Under the pieces are notes generated by a model, which saw only the letters and a list, made by a program, of their open reading frames with translations, had not been told where the DNA came from and made no database searches. 64,000 bases of DNA from Gemmatimonadota bacterium (GTDB lineage Bacteria; Gemmatimonadota; Gemmatimonadetes; JACCXV01; JAHWKZ01), in the NCBI GenBank assembly GCA_035513155.1, contig DATKCO010000034.1, forward strand, positions 2,178-66,177, in the 5' to 3' direction. Position numbers and translations under genes: made by a program. Shown here piece by piece: positions 47,261 to 56,142 of this stretch (the stretch's first letter is position 1; every line of letters begins with the position of its first letter).

Positions 47261-47334
47261 GGGCCTCGCGGAGGCGTGCGGGACGGGGCGCTTCGAAGAC
47301 GAACCGCTAGTCTACCGGCAGCCGGCGCGGAGCG

Positions 47335-49272
47335 TCAACGCGCGCGGGCGGCGACCACCCAATGGCCGAGGACGAGGAGCGCGCCCAGCAGGAAGGCCCA
47401 CGGGACGAGTCCCAGGCCGACGACCGGCCCGGGCGTCCCGGCCTCGACCGTGGCCGCCGCGGGCAGGGGCGTCCCCTCCGCGTCCCCGCCGCCGCTCGCG
47501 CGCGCGGCCGCCGCCAGCGTGGCCGTGTCGGCCTCCGTCCGGGCGAGATCCGGCGTCCACGGCTCGACCGCGAGCGCCCGCGTCTCGGTCCGGCCGTCCG
47601 CGGTGACCTCGAGGCGCCAGGCGCCGGCGGGCAAGGGGGCCACCGCGATCGTGTCCCCCTCCGCGTTTCCGCTCGCGACCTCCGCGCCGCCGCCGATCGG
47701 CGTCACCCGCCAGCGCGCTGGACCCGGCCCCTCGGCCAACGGCACCACGAGCGGCTCCCCCACCGCGACCTTTCCCCCCGGCGGCATGATGACCAGCGGC
47801 CGCGCCGCCGGGCTCGCGCCCGCCAGCCACCGCCAGGCGGCCTCCGTCCACGCGCCCCAGAAGCCGCGGCCCGCGTCCCCCCCCTCGAGCGGCATCCGGT
47901 ACCAGCCGGTCCCGAGCGCCACGATCATCCGGCTGCCGTCGCGCTCGAGGCTCCAGGCGATCGGCGCCGCGCCCGCCCGGACGAGCACGCGGGCCCCGGC
48001 CGGGAGGTCGACGGCGGCGCCGGGAAGCCCCTCGATCGGCGGCCACGCCGGGCTCCCGTCCGGGACCGGGCCGGGGCCCACCAGGGCTTCGATCCACTGC
48101 CGGCCCGCGTCGGTCAGGACGGGGGCGGCGGACACGCCGCCGCCCGCCGGCGCCCGGAAGCCGCTCAACTCGCCGCCCCCCGACCCCGCGGCCCAGTACG
48201 TCCCACCTCCGCCCATCGCCCGGAAGCGCGCCACCCAACCCCGGCCGGCCGGGCCGAGGAGCCCCGGATCCCCGACCAGCCACAGGGTCGCGTAGCGCTC
48301 CGGATTCAGGGCGTCCCAGCTCGTCACCGCGCCACCGTCGACGCGCCGCAGCGCGCCCGCCCGCCCGCTCCAGACCGCGTCGACCGGCCCCGCCCCAGCG
48401 GCGACGAGCGCGCGCCGGAGGAAGCCGAGCTCCCAGCCGGGGTCGAGCCCCGCGAGCAGGGTCCGGCCGGCCGAGTTCGGCCGCCACACGACGGCGCGGG
48501 CGTCGTTCCCCTCCACGGGATCCTCCGGCTCCTCGAGCCGCGCCTCGACGACCCGCTCTCCGGGACCGGGATCGGGCAGGGCCACCCGCACGACCCGGCG
48601 CTCCCCCGCCGCCAGGGCGGGCGCGCGACCGCGCGCGACGACCCGCCCGTCGACGAGCGTCGCGAGCGCCCGTTCCGAGGTCGGCTCCCCGCCCACGGCC
48701 GCGACCTCGATCACCGCCGTGGCCCCGCCGTCTTCCTCCTCGACGTCGAGGCGGAGCACCGCGGCGTCGGCGACCGTGGGGGGTCCGGGCGCGCGCACGA
48801 ACAGCGGCACGCTGGGCGCCGCGGCGGCACGGCCCCCGGTCGCGCGACCGTCCCCGACGAGCAGGATCGCCCCCGGCAGGGCCGCGGCCGCGGTCTCGAT
48901 CGCGCCGGCCGGATCGCTCGTCGCGCCCCCGAACGAGTCGACCTCGACCCGCCACCCCGCGCTCCAGCGCGAGAACGCCTCTCCCGCCAGCCATTCCGCG
49001 GCCGACGCCTGCCGGGTCGCGCCGCCGGGCGCCGCCACGTTCATGCTCGCGGAGCGGTCGACCAGGACGATCAGGGTCGGGCGATCCCCCACCCCGGACG
49101 GGCGCCAGCCGGCATTGAGGAGCGCGAGGCCGAGGAGGAGAGCCGCCCCCAGCTGGAGGCCCGCCGACAGCGGCGCCGCCCGGCGCGGCGGCGAGAGCGC
49201 GAGCCACGCGATCAGCGCGGCCGTCCCCACGGCGACCAGCGCGAGCGCGGGAGGGTCCCAGGCGGGGGTCAG
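47335..49272 (-). CDS. BatA-like membrane protein (N-terminal double-TM domain plus VWA-like DxSxS)
   Basis: This is the C-terminal part of ORF 47335..49530. Two TM helices sit at the very N-terminus, followed by LIVLVDRSASM, and there is a C-terminal TM anchor. The family domain normally starts at residue 1, which fits initiation at CTG 49272 (CTGA overlap with the nudix stop). The alternative is ATG 49392, inside the nudix gene. Confidence 0.7.
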   Translation of the reverse strand: MTPAWDPPALALVAVGTAALIAWLALSPPRRAAPLSAGLQLGAALLLGLALLNAGWRPSGVGDRPTLIVLVDRSASMNVAAPGGATRQASAAEWLAGEAFSRWSAGWRVEVDSFGGATSDPAGAIETAAAALPGAILLVGDGRATGGRAAAAPSVPLFVRAPGPPTVADAAVLRLDVEEEDGGATAVIEVAAVGGEPTSERALATLVDGRVVARGRAPALAAGERRVVRVALPDPGPGERVVEARLEEPEDPVEGNDARAVVWRPNSAGRTLLAGLDPGWELGFLRRALVAAGAGPVDAVWSGRAGALRRVDGGAVTSWDALNPERYATLWLVGDPGLLGPAGRGWVARFRAMGGGGTYWAAGSGGGELSGFRAPAGGGVSAAPVLTDAGRQWIEALVGPGPVPDGSPAWPPIEGLPGAAVDLPAGARVLVRAGAAPIAWSLERDGSRMIVALGTGWYRMPLEGGDAGRGFWGAWTEAAWRWLAGASPAARPLVIMPPGGKVAVGEPLVVPLAEGPGPARWRVTPIGGGAEVASGNAEGDTIAVAPLPAGAWRLEVTADGRTETRALAVEPWTPDLARTEADTATLAAAARASGGGDAEGTPLPAAATVEAGTPGPVVGLGLVPWAFLLGALLVLGHWVVAARAR

Positions 49273-49730
49273 GGAGACTCCACCCCCAGGTAGGCGGCCG
49301 GCGCCTCGGGGCTCTCCCAGTGGGCTCGGAGCCAGCGCGCGAGGAGGGTCGGGCGGAACGCCGCCTCGGCGAACGTCCGGCGGCTGAGCCATTCGATCCC
49401 CACCAGGGTCACCGGCTGGAACTCCGCCTCGGGGTCCATCCCGAGGCGCGGCCGGCCGCTCCAGGCGGTCGCGTAGAACGTGCAGTCGACGACGTGACGG
49501 GCGCCGGAGTGGAACTCGCTGAGCGCCCACAGCCGACCCTCGAGGATCTCGAGGCCCGTCTCCTCCCGCATCTCCCGGCAGGCGGCCTCCCAGAGGGTCT
49601 CGCCGGGCTCGAGGTGCCCGCCGGGAAGGACGAGGTAGTCGTCGCCGGACTTGTGGTGACGAACGCAGAGCAGGAGGCCGTCCGCGAAGAGCGCGACTTG
49701 GGCGCGGACCGTGGGCGCGGCGTCAGCCAC
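49269..49730 (-). CDS. NUDIX hydrolase
   Basis: It has the Nudix box GGHLEPGETLWEAACREMREETGL. The GTG start overlaps the upstream gene by 8 nt (GTGGCTGA). Confidence 0.9.
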   Translation of the reverse strand: MADAAPTVRAQVALFADGLLLCVRHHKSGDDYLVLPGGHLEPGETLWEAACREMREETGLEILEGRLWALSEFHSGARHVVDCTFYATAWSGRPRLGMDPEAEFQPVTLVGIEWLSRRTFAEAAFRPTLLARWLRAHWESPEAPAAYLGVESP

Positions 49731-50319
49731 CGCGGGAGAGCCGCCCCGCGATCCCGTCGAGATCGGGCGGGCCCCAGATCGGCCGCCGCCACGCGCCCGG
49801 TGCCGTGCCGATCAGCGCGCCCGGGTCTCCGGTCGCTCCATCCGGCTCCGGGAGATAGAGCGCGTCCATCCGGTCGACGATCCGCCGTGCCGAGGACTTG
49901 ATCTCCTTCTGCCCGCGTCGCGCGACCATGAGCGCGAGGTCGGGAGACAGGCTCTCGACGACCCGGTTGCCCTCGACGAGGATCCCGGGGGCCCCATCGA
50001 GCTCGGCGAGCGCCAGCTCGATCCCCCGCGCCTCCTGCCCGCGCGCGACGACCACCCAGCGCACGTCCGCGGCCCCCGCCAGCCAGTATCGACCGGTGTC
50101 CTTTCCGTCGACCGCCGTGTCGGCCCGGTCGGCGAACACGCGCGGCTCGTCGCCGAGGAGCCCGCTCACGCAGCACGTCTCGGGGTCCCGCCCGCAGCTC
50201 CGGTAATGGCCGCGAGTGACCTTGACCGCGGCCCAGCCCGGGAGACGGGCCAGCAGGTCGCACACGAGCCCCGTCTTTCCGACTTCCGAGCACGTCCCCG
50301 AGACCGTCACGATGCGCAT
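49723..50319 (-). CDS. P-loop protein of the BioD/CobQ-like (GTxxxVGKT) type
   Basis: It starts MRIVTVSGTCSEVGKTGLV at the N-terminus and contains ILVEGNR, resembling dethiobiotin-synthetase-like folds. It has a Cys-rich patch (HYRSCGRDPETCCV). The family assignment is tentative. Confidence 0.55.
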   Translation of the reverse strand: MRIVTVSGTCSEVGKTGLVCDLLARLPGWAAVKVTRGHYRSCGRDPETCCVSGLLGDEPRVFADRADTAVDGKDTGRYWLAGAADVRWVVVARGQEARGIELALAELDGAPGILVEGNRVVESLSPDLALMVARRGQKEIKSSARRIVDRMDALYLPEPDGATGDPGALIGTAPGAWRRPIWGPPDLDGIAGRLSRGG

Positions 50320-50357
50320 GGGAGGCAATCTACCGCGTGATCCCGCCGGGCGCGCCT

Positions 50358-51002
50358 TCAGCGGCCCACTTCCCATCCTTCGTGAGTCAGAGCGAAGCAC
50401 AGCGCCTCCAGCTCGATCACCAGGTTCACGTCCTGCAAGGTCACGCCTGCGGGAAGGACGAGCTTGCGGGGGGCGAAGTTCAGGATCGCCGAGATCCCGG
50501 CCGCGGCCATCGCCTCCGCCACCTCCTGGGCGCTCTCGGCGGGCGTCACTACGATCCCGATCTCGACCTGCTTCTCCCGCACCGACTTCCCGAGCCGGCG
50601 GACGTCCTCGACGGTGATCGCGCCCCAGCGGCGACCGATCTTCCGCGGGTCGTTGTCGTACACCGCCACCACGTCGAACCCGCGGCGGCGGAAGGCGTCG
50701 TAGCCGTGGAGCGCCGCGGCCAGCTTGCCCGCTCCCGCCAGGGCCACGTTCCAGCGCCGGTCCACGCCGAGGATCTCGGCCAGCCGGGCGCGGAGCGCGG
50801 GCACTGAATAGCCGAGACCGCGCTTGCCGAAGGAGCCGAAGTGGGACAGGTCCTTCCGCACCTGGGCCGACGTCGTCCCGCCCCGCTCGGCGAGATCGTC
50901 GCTGGAGATCGTCTCGCGTCCCTCGCTCTCGAAGGCCTCGAGGAAGCGCAGGTAGTGGCTCAGGCGTCGGATGGCCGAGTCGGAGATCTTGCGGGGCTTC
51001 AT
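50358..51002 (-). CDS. rex: Redox-sensing transcriptional repressor Rex
   Basis: This is the C-terminal 214 aa of ORF 50358..51161. It has the winged helix (ISDSAIRRLSHYLRFLE...TSAQVRKDLSHFGSFGKRGLGY) and the Rossmann motif (VALAGAGKLAAAL...AILNFAP). Confidence 0.9.
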   Translation of the reverse strand: MKPRKISDSAIRRLSHYLRFLEAFESEGRETISSDDLAERGGTTSAQVRKDLSHFGSFGKRGLGYSVPALRARLAEILGVDRRWNVALAGAGKLAAALHGYDAFRRRGFDVVAVYDNDPRKIGRRWGAITVEDVRRLGKSVREKQVEIGIVVTPAESAQEVAEAMAAAGISAILNFAPRKLVLPAGVTLQDVNLVIELEALCFALTHEGWEVGR

Positions 51003-51018
51003 CGCGGCTGCGGAAAGT

Positions 51019-51036
51019 TTGTGATTGTTTTCACAA
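51019..51036. promoter_or_regulatory. Rex operator (TTGTGAT-TGTT-TTCACAA)
   Basis: It matches the Rex box consensus TTGTGAA-N4-TTCACAA at 13 of 14 specified positions. It lies in the divergent region between rex (start 51002) and the MFS gene (start 51139). Confidence 0.75.
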
Positions 51037-51138
51037 GCTAGGCCAGTATACGGCCCGCCGTTCGAGACGGTCAAGCGCCGCGGCGCGGCCGGACCCGCCG
51101 TCGACATTCCCCGTCCCCGCCCGTATGCTAGGGGCTCC

Positions 51139-52485
51139 GTGCCCCGCTTCCTCGAACGCATCGGCCTCGGCCGGCCCGAGCTCCGCGCCTGGGCGCTCTA
51201 CGACTGGGCGAACTCCGCCTGGGTCCTGACGATCCAGACCGCGGTCTTCCCCATCTACTTCAAGAGCGTAGTGGCCGCCGATCTCGCCCAGGGCGTGGCA
51301 CTGCAGCGATACGGCTGGATCACATCGGGAGCCCTCGTGCTCATCGCCATTGCCGCGCCGCTGCTCGGGGCGCTGGCGGATTTCGCCGGGATCCGGAAGC
51401 GGATGCTGGGAGTCTTTCTCGCGATCGGGGCGGTCGCCACGGCTTGCTTGTTCTTCGTCCAGCGCGGGGACTGGCTGATGGCGGCGTTGATCTTCGGCGC
51501 CGCGAACATCGGCGCTCAGGGTGCCTTCGTCTTCTACGACGCTTTGCTGGGCCACGTCGCCCGACCGGACGAGGTCGACCGCGTTTCTACGGCCGGTTAC
51601 GCTGTCGGATACCTCGGGAGCGCGATGTTGCTCGCCCTGCAGCTGGCCTGGATCGCATCACCCGGGTCGTTTGGCCTTCCTTCCGGTGAGGACCTCTCGC
51701 CGAGCGCCGCGACACTCCCCCACCGGCTCGCCTTCCTCTCGGTCGCCGTGTGGTGGGTGGTGTTTTCCATTCCTCTCTTCCTCCGGGTGCCCGAGCCGCC
51801 GCGTCGAATCGAGCCGGACGAGCGGCCGGGGCAGAACCCGGTTCGGGTCGCCTTCGTCCGGCTCACCGAGACGCTCCGGGACCTGCGCTCCTACCGCCAG
51901 GCGTTTCTGATGCTGCTCGCGTTCGTGATCTACAACGACGGGATCGGCACGATCATCAAGATGGCGGCACTCTATGCCGCGGAGCTCGACATCCCGGTGA
52001 GCGCGATCGCCCTCTCGATCCTGGTCGCCCAGGTCGTGGGGATCCCGTTCGCATTTCTGTTCGGCGCCCTCGCCGGACGCATCGGTCCCAAGCGGTCGAT
52101 CCAGATCGGCCTGGTCGTCTACATCGCGGCCACGATCTACGCCTTCTTTCTGGATAGTTCCGCCGAGTTCTTTCTCCTGGCGGTGGTGATATCGACGGTC
52201 CAGGGGGGAACGCAGGCCTTGAGTCGGTCGCTGTTCACCAGCCTCATCCCACGGCACCGGACCGGAGAGTTCTTCGGGTTCTGGGGAGTCCTCGACAAAT
52301 TCGGCGGGGCGCTCGGACCGTTCGTATTCGCTTCGACGGTCGCTCTGCTCGGCTCGGTTCGCGGGGGGGTGCTGTCGGTCCTCGCGTTCTTCGTGGTGGG
52401 ATTCATCGTGTTGACCCGCGTCGACGTCGACGCCGGCCGCGCGGCCGCTCGAGCCGCCGAGGAGGGGCTGATCCCCGCGCCCTGA
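51139..52485 (+). CDS. MFS transporter, UMF1/Atg22-like family
   Basis: This is the internal part of ORF 51025..52485. It has RAWALYDWANSAWVLTI at the N-terminus and about 12 TM helices. GTG 51139 gives the family-typical start. Confidence 0.85.
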   Translation: MPRFLERIGLGRPELRAWALYDWANSAWVLTIQTAVFPIYFKSVVAADLAQGVALQRYGWITSGALVLIAIAAPLLGALADFAGIRKRMLGVFLAIGAVATACLFFVQRGDWLMAALIFGAANIGAQGAFVFYDALLGHVARPDEVDRVSTAGYAVGYLGSAMLLALQLAWIASPGSFGLPSGEDLSPSAATLPHRLAFLSVAVWWVVFSIPLFLRVPEPPRRIEPDERPGQNPVRVAFVRLTETLRDLRSYRQAFLMLLAFVIYNDGIGTIIKMAALYAAELDIPVSAIALSILVAQVVGIPFAFLFGALAGRIGPKRSIQIGLVVYIAATIYAFFLDSSAEFFLLAVVISTVQGGTQALSRSLFTSLIPRHRTGEFFGFWGVLDKFGGALGPFVFASTVALLGSVRGGVLSVLAFFVVGFIVLTRVDVDAGRAAARAAEEGLIPAP

Positions 52486-52687
52486 GGCAAGAGTTTTCCA
52501 CATCTGTCCACAATGCCCCGTCGATCCGCGGGGAGATCGCCGCGATCGGGTGAAAAACGGGGCCTCGCTGGAACGCGTCGAACCCTGGTCACGCATCTTA
52601 CAAGCGGTGAAAACGTGCAACATATTGCGTCATAACAGGTTAGCTTTTGTTACTTTAGGCCGTACCTTAAATCATGGTGCATATCCG

Positions 52688-53551
52688 TCACATTCTCCCG
52701 GCATTGGATCGCGGGTCCCGCGGAGCCCCTTCGCCCCCGGCGACACCCTCGGGTGTGGAAAAGACCAGCTCCGCCTCGAGGGTCAGAAACTCCTCCGGGG
52801 TCAAGGTCTCCGGCCTCCGGGAGAGGTCGAGACCCGTCCGGCGCGCCACCTCCTCGACTCCCGCGGGGTCCAGCCCCCACTCGTCGAGCGTGCGCAGCGA
52901 TTTCTGGATCTGCTTCCGGCGCTGGGTGAACAGGTCGCGGACGAGCGACCGCACCCGCTCCCGCCGTGCCGCACTCAGGCCGAACCGGTCGTGCGGGGTC
53001 AGGCGGACGACCGTGGACACCACCGCGGGCGGAGGTTGGAAGGCGCCCGATCCCACTTCGAAGAGGATCTCGACGTCGGCCAGGAGCCGGACCCCGACCG
53101 TCAGCGCCCCGTACGCCTTCGTCCCGGGGTCGGCGGCGAGCCGCTCCGCGACCTCGCGCTGGATCATGAACACCATGTCACGGACGGCGGCGACCTCGAC
53201 CTGCTCCAGGATCCGAAACAGCAGCGGCGACGTGACCGCGTACGGAAGGTTGCCGACGACCCAGGCGGGATCGGGCGAGCCGCCCGCCGGGAGCGGCACC
53301 TCGAGCGCGTCACCCACCACGACCGTCAGCGGGCTCCCTTCCGGCCACCGCCGCCGGAGGCTCGCGGCCAGCTCCGGGTCGAGCTCGATCGCGAGCACGC
53401 GGTAGCCGCGCGCGAGCAGGGGCTCGGTCAGCGCGCCCCTTCCGGGTCCGATCTCGACGATCCGCGCGCCCGGCGGCGCGCCGATCGAGTCGACGATCCG
53501 GGCCGCCACCCCGCGGTCGTGCAGGAAGTGCTGGGAGAGTCGCGGCGTCAC
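52688..53551 (-). CDS. rsmA: 16S rRNA (adenine1518/1519-N6)-dimethyltransferase
   Basis: This is the C-terminal 287 aa of ORF 52688..54064. It has LSQHFLHD, VEIGPGRGALTEPL, VVGNLPY and FQPPPAV. The GTG start forms a GTGA overlap with the STAS gene stop. Confidence 0.9.
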   Translation of the reverse strand: MTPRLSQHFLHDRGVAARIVDSIGAPPGARIVEIGPGRGALTEPLLARGYRVLAIELDPELAASLRRRWPEGSPLTVVVGDALEVPLPAGGSPDPAWVVGNLPYAVTSPLLFRILEQVEVAAVRDMVFMIQREVAERLAADPGTKAYGALTVGVRLLADVEILFEVGSGAFQPPPAVVSTVVRLTPHDRFGLSAARRERVRSLVRDLFTQRRKQIQKSLRTLDEWGLDPAGVEEVARRTGLDLSRRPETLTPEEFLTLEAELVFSTPEGVAGGEGAPRDPRSNAGRM

Positions 53552-53907
53552 CTCGAGACGACGGCGACCGCGTCCTCCACGTTCTCGGAGAAGAGGAGGG
53601 CCTCGTCGAGGTGGAGGTGCCGGCGGATCTCGCGGAAGTCCTCGCGCAGGCCCGCCACGGCGAGATGGCCACCGGCCTCGCCGCAGCGGAACGCCAGGTG
53701 GACGAGCATCGCGAAACCCGACGTGTCGATGTGACTCAGCCGGTCGAGCGCCACGACAAGGCTCCGCGCCCCGTCCGCGATCTCGGCCTCGGCCCGCCGG
53801 CGGAGCTCCTCCCGGTTCGTGATCAGGAGCTCGCCCGCGAGCCCGAGCACGACGATCCCGTTCTCGCGCGCGTCGCGCTCGATCGTCAACGTCCTGTCTT
53901 CGCTCAT
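53548..53907 (-). CDS. STAS-domain protein (anti-sigma-factor antagonist-like)
   Basis: It is 119 aa long. LVVALDRLSHIDTSGFAMLV has the conserved phosphorylatable-Ser/Thr context. The ATG forms an ATGA overlap with the upstream stop. Confidence 0.85.
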   Translation of the reverse strand: MSEDRTLTIERDARENGIVVLGLAGELLITNREELRRRAEAEIADGARSLVVALDRLSHIDTSGFAMLVHLAFRCGEAGGHLAVAGLREDFREIRRHLHLDEALLFSENVEDAVAVVSR

Positions 53908-55109
53908 CCGGATCCTCCCTGGAGCCGCCGGCCGGCGGCGGCCAGCCGCGCCGACGCCTCCCGGAGCGCCGACTCGGCAGCGGCGAACGAGAGCCGCAGA
54001 TACCCCTCGACGCCGAACGCGGCGCCGGGGACGAGGGCCAGGCGCTCGTGCTCCAGCAGATCATAGCACAGCGCGGTCGAGTCGCCGCCCAGTGCCCGGC
54101 ACCACTCCCGGGCGTCGATCCACAGGTAGAACGCCCCGTCCGGGGGCAGCGGCTCGATCCCCGGGACTCCGGCCAGCGCGTCGAGCAGGAGCTCCCGGCG
54201 CGCGGCGAACGCGGTCACCATCGCCGTCACCGCGGCCACCCGCTCCCCCGGGTTTGTGAGCGCGGCCAGCGCCGCGTACTGGCAGGGAAGCGCCGTGTTC
54301 GTGTTCACGTGCCCCTGGAGGCGCGTCATGGCGCGGATGACCTCGACGGGACCGGACGCGTATCCCACCCGCCAGCCCGTCATCGCGTACGCCTTCGAGA
54401 AGCCGTCCACGACGACGATCCGCTCGTAGTCGCCACGCCACGCGGCCAGGGAGGCGAACCCCTCGCGATACCGGATCTCCCGGTAGATCTCGTCGGAGAC
54501 GATCCAGAGGCCGTGCCGCGCCGCGACCCCGACCAGCGCGTCGATCTCGTCACGATCGTAGATCACCCCGGTGGGATTCGAGGGGGAATTCAAGACCACG
54601 CCCCGTGCCCCCGCCCGCGCCGCCTCGTCCAGCGCGTCGGGCCGGAGCTTCCAGCCGTCCGCGGCGGACGTCTCCACGATCATCGGGTCGGCCCGGGCGA
54701 TCCGAGCCATCGCTGGATACGACACCCAGTACGGCGTCGGCACGACCACCCCGTCCCCCGGTCCGAAGAGCGTGAACAGGGCCTCGAAGAGGACCTGCTT
54801 CGCCCCCGCGCTGACGAGTACCTCCTCCGCGACGCACGGACCCCCGCACGCTTCGGTCACGTGGGCCGCGATCGCCTCGCGGAGGGGTCGCAGCCCGGCG
54901 GCCGGCGGGTAGTAGGTGTGGCCCTCCCGGATCGCGCGAACCCCGGCCTCGGCGATGTACTCCGGCGTCGGGAAGTCGGGCTCTCCCGCCGACAGCGCCA
55001 CCACCGGCTCCCCCGCGCGGGCGAGCGCGGCCGCCCGCGCCGTCATCCCGAGGGTGGCGGACTCCTCGATCCCCGCCAGGTTCCCCAGGCTCGCGCCGGC
55101 GACGGTCAC
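53904..55109 (-). CDS. Class I/II pyridoxal-phosphate aminotransferase (aspartate aminotransferase-like)
   Basis: This is the C-terminal 401 aa of ORF 53904..55700. It has LSAGEPDFPTP, NSPSNPTG, SDEIY and the PLP lysine in DGFSKAYAMTGWR. The GTG start forms a GTGA overlap with the coaD stop. Confidence 0.9.
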   Translation of the reverse strand: MTVAGASLGNLAGIEESATLGMTARAAALARAGEPVVALSAGEPDFPTPEYIAEAGVRAIREGHTYYPPAAGLRPLREAIAAHVTEACGGPCVAEEVLVSAGAKQVLFEALFTLFGPGDGVVVPTPYWVSYPAMARIARADPMIVETSAADGWKLRPDALDEAARAGARGVVLNSPSNPTGVIYDRDEIDALVGVAARHGLWIVSDEIYREIRYREGFASLAAWRGDYERIVVVDGFSKAYAMTGWRVGYASGPVEVIRAMTRLQGHVNTNTALPCQYAALAALTNPGERVAAVTAMVTAFAARRELLLDALAGVPGIEPLPPDGAFYLWIDAREWCRALGGDSTALCYDLLEHERLALVPGAAFGVEGYLRLSFAAAESALREASARLAAAGRRLQGGSG

Positions 55110-55609
55110 CCGCCCTCCGCGAACCGCTCCGCCAGGCGGCGGGCGACGGGCCGGGAGACGAACTCGCCGATGTCGCCGCCCAGCCGGGCCACCTCGCGCA
55201 CCATGCTGGACGAGAGGAACGAATAGGTCGAGTCGGGGGCCATGAAGAGGATCTCGATCTCCGGGGCGAGGTGCTTGTTCATGAGGGCCATCTGGAACTC
55301 CAGCTCGAAGTCCGATACCGCGCGCAGGCCGCGCAGGATCGTCCGCGCGCCGATCTCGCGCGCGAACTCCACCGTGAGTCCCGAGAACGCCGTCACTTCG
55401 ACGCGCGACTCCGCGGTTAGGACCTCCCGCAGCATCTCCACCCGCTCGTCGAGCGGGAACATGGGCGACTTCGACGTGTCGGAGGCGACAGCGACGACCA
55501 GTCGGTCGAAGACCGCCAGCCCGCGGCCGATCAGGTCCTCGTGGCCGCGGGTCACCGGATCGAAGGTCCCGGGATAGAGGGCGACGGAGGGGCGGCTCGG
55601 CTCGCTCAC
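55106..55609 (-). CDS. coaD: Phosphopantetheine adenylyltransferase
   Basis: It has ALYPGTFDPVTRGHEDLI and ILRGLRAVSDFEFE-like ELEFQMA. The GTG start forms a GTGA overlap with the rsmD stop. Confidence 0.95.
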   Translation of the reverse strand: MSEPSRPSVALYPGTFDPVTRGHEDLIGRGLAVFDRLVVAVASDTSKSPMFPLDERVEMLREVLTAESRVEVTAFSGLTVEFAREIGARTILRGLRAVSDFELEFQMALMNKHLAPEIEILFMAPDSTYSFLSSSMVREVARLGGDIGEFVSRPVARRLAERFAEGG

Positions 55610-56142
55610 GGGCGCCGGAAGATCGTGAGCGCGGTATCGCCGTATCGCCGCGTGTCCGCCTCGAGGCCGGCGGGGACGTCCGGATGCCGCGAGGCGGCAT
55701 GCTCGAGGACCGCGGCCGTCGTCCACCACTCCTCCCCGACCACCTCGCGCAGCACGGGGTCGAGCGGATCGGCGTAGGGCGGATCGCAGAACACGAGGTC
55801 GTAGCGCGACGGCCCGCCGCGCAGACGGCGGGCGTAGGCGAGGGCGTCCCCGCGCCGGACCCGCACCCGCTGGTCGAGCCCGAAATCCCGGACGTTCCGC
55901 TCCAGGGCGTTCAGCGCCGCGCCCGACCGCTCCACGCAGGTGGCGGTCCGCGCCCCGCGCGAGAGCGCTTCCAGGGCCAGCGCCCCCGTGCCGGCGTACA
56001 GGTCGAGCACCCGGGCGCCGCGCACCTCGTCGCCGAGGATGCTGAACAGGGCCTCCCGGACCCGGTCGGCGGTGGGGCGCAGACCGGCCGCCCGGGCGCT
56101 CGCCAGCCGGCGGCCGCCGAACTCCCCGGCGATCACCCTCAC
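55606..56142 (-). CDS. rsmD: 16S rRNA (guanine966-N2)-methyltransferase
   Basis: This is the C-terminal 178 aa of the frame listed as ORF 55606..57759. It has RPTADRVREALFSIL, VLDLYAGTGALALEALSRGA and DLVFCDPPY. The GTG start forms a GTGA overlap with the recJ stop. Confidence 0.9.
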   Translation of the reverse strand: MRVIAGEFGGRRLASARAAGLRPTADRVREALFSILGDEVRGARVLDLYAGTGALALEALSRGARTATCVERSGAALNALERNVRDFGLDQRVRVRRGDALAYARRLRGGPSRYDLVFCDPPYADPLDPVLREVVGEEWWTTAAVLEHAASRHPDVPAGLEADTRRYGDTALTIFRRP

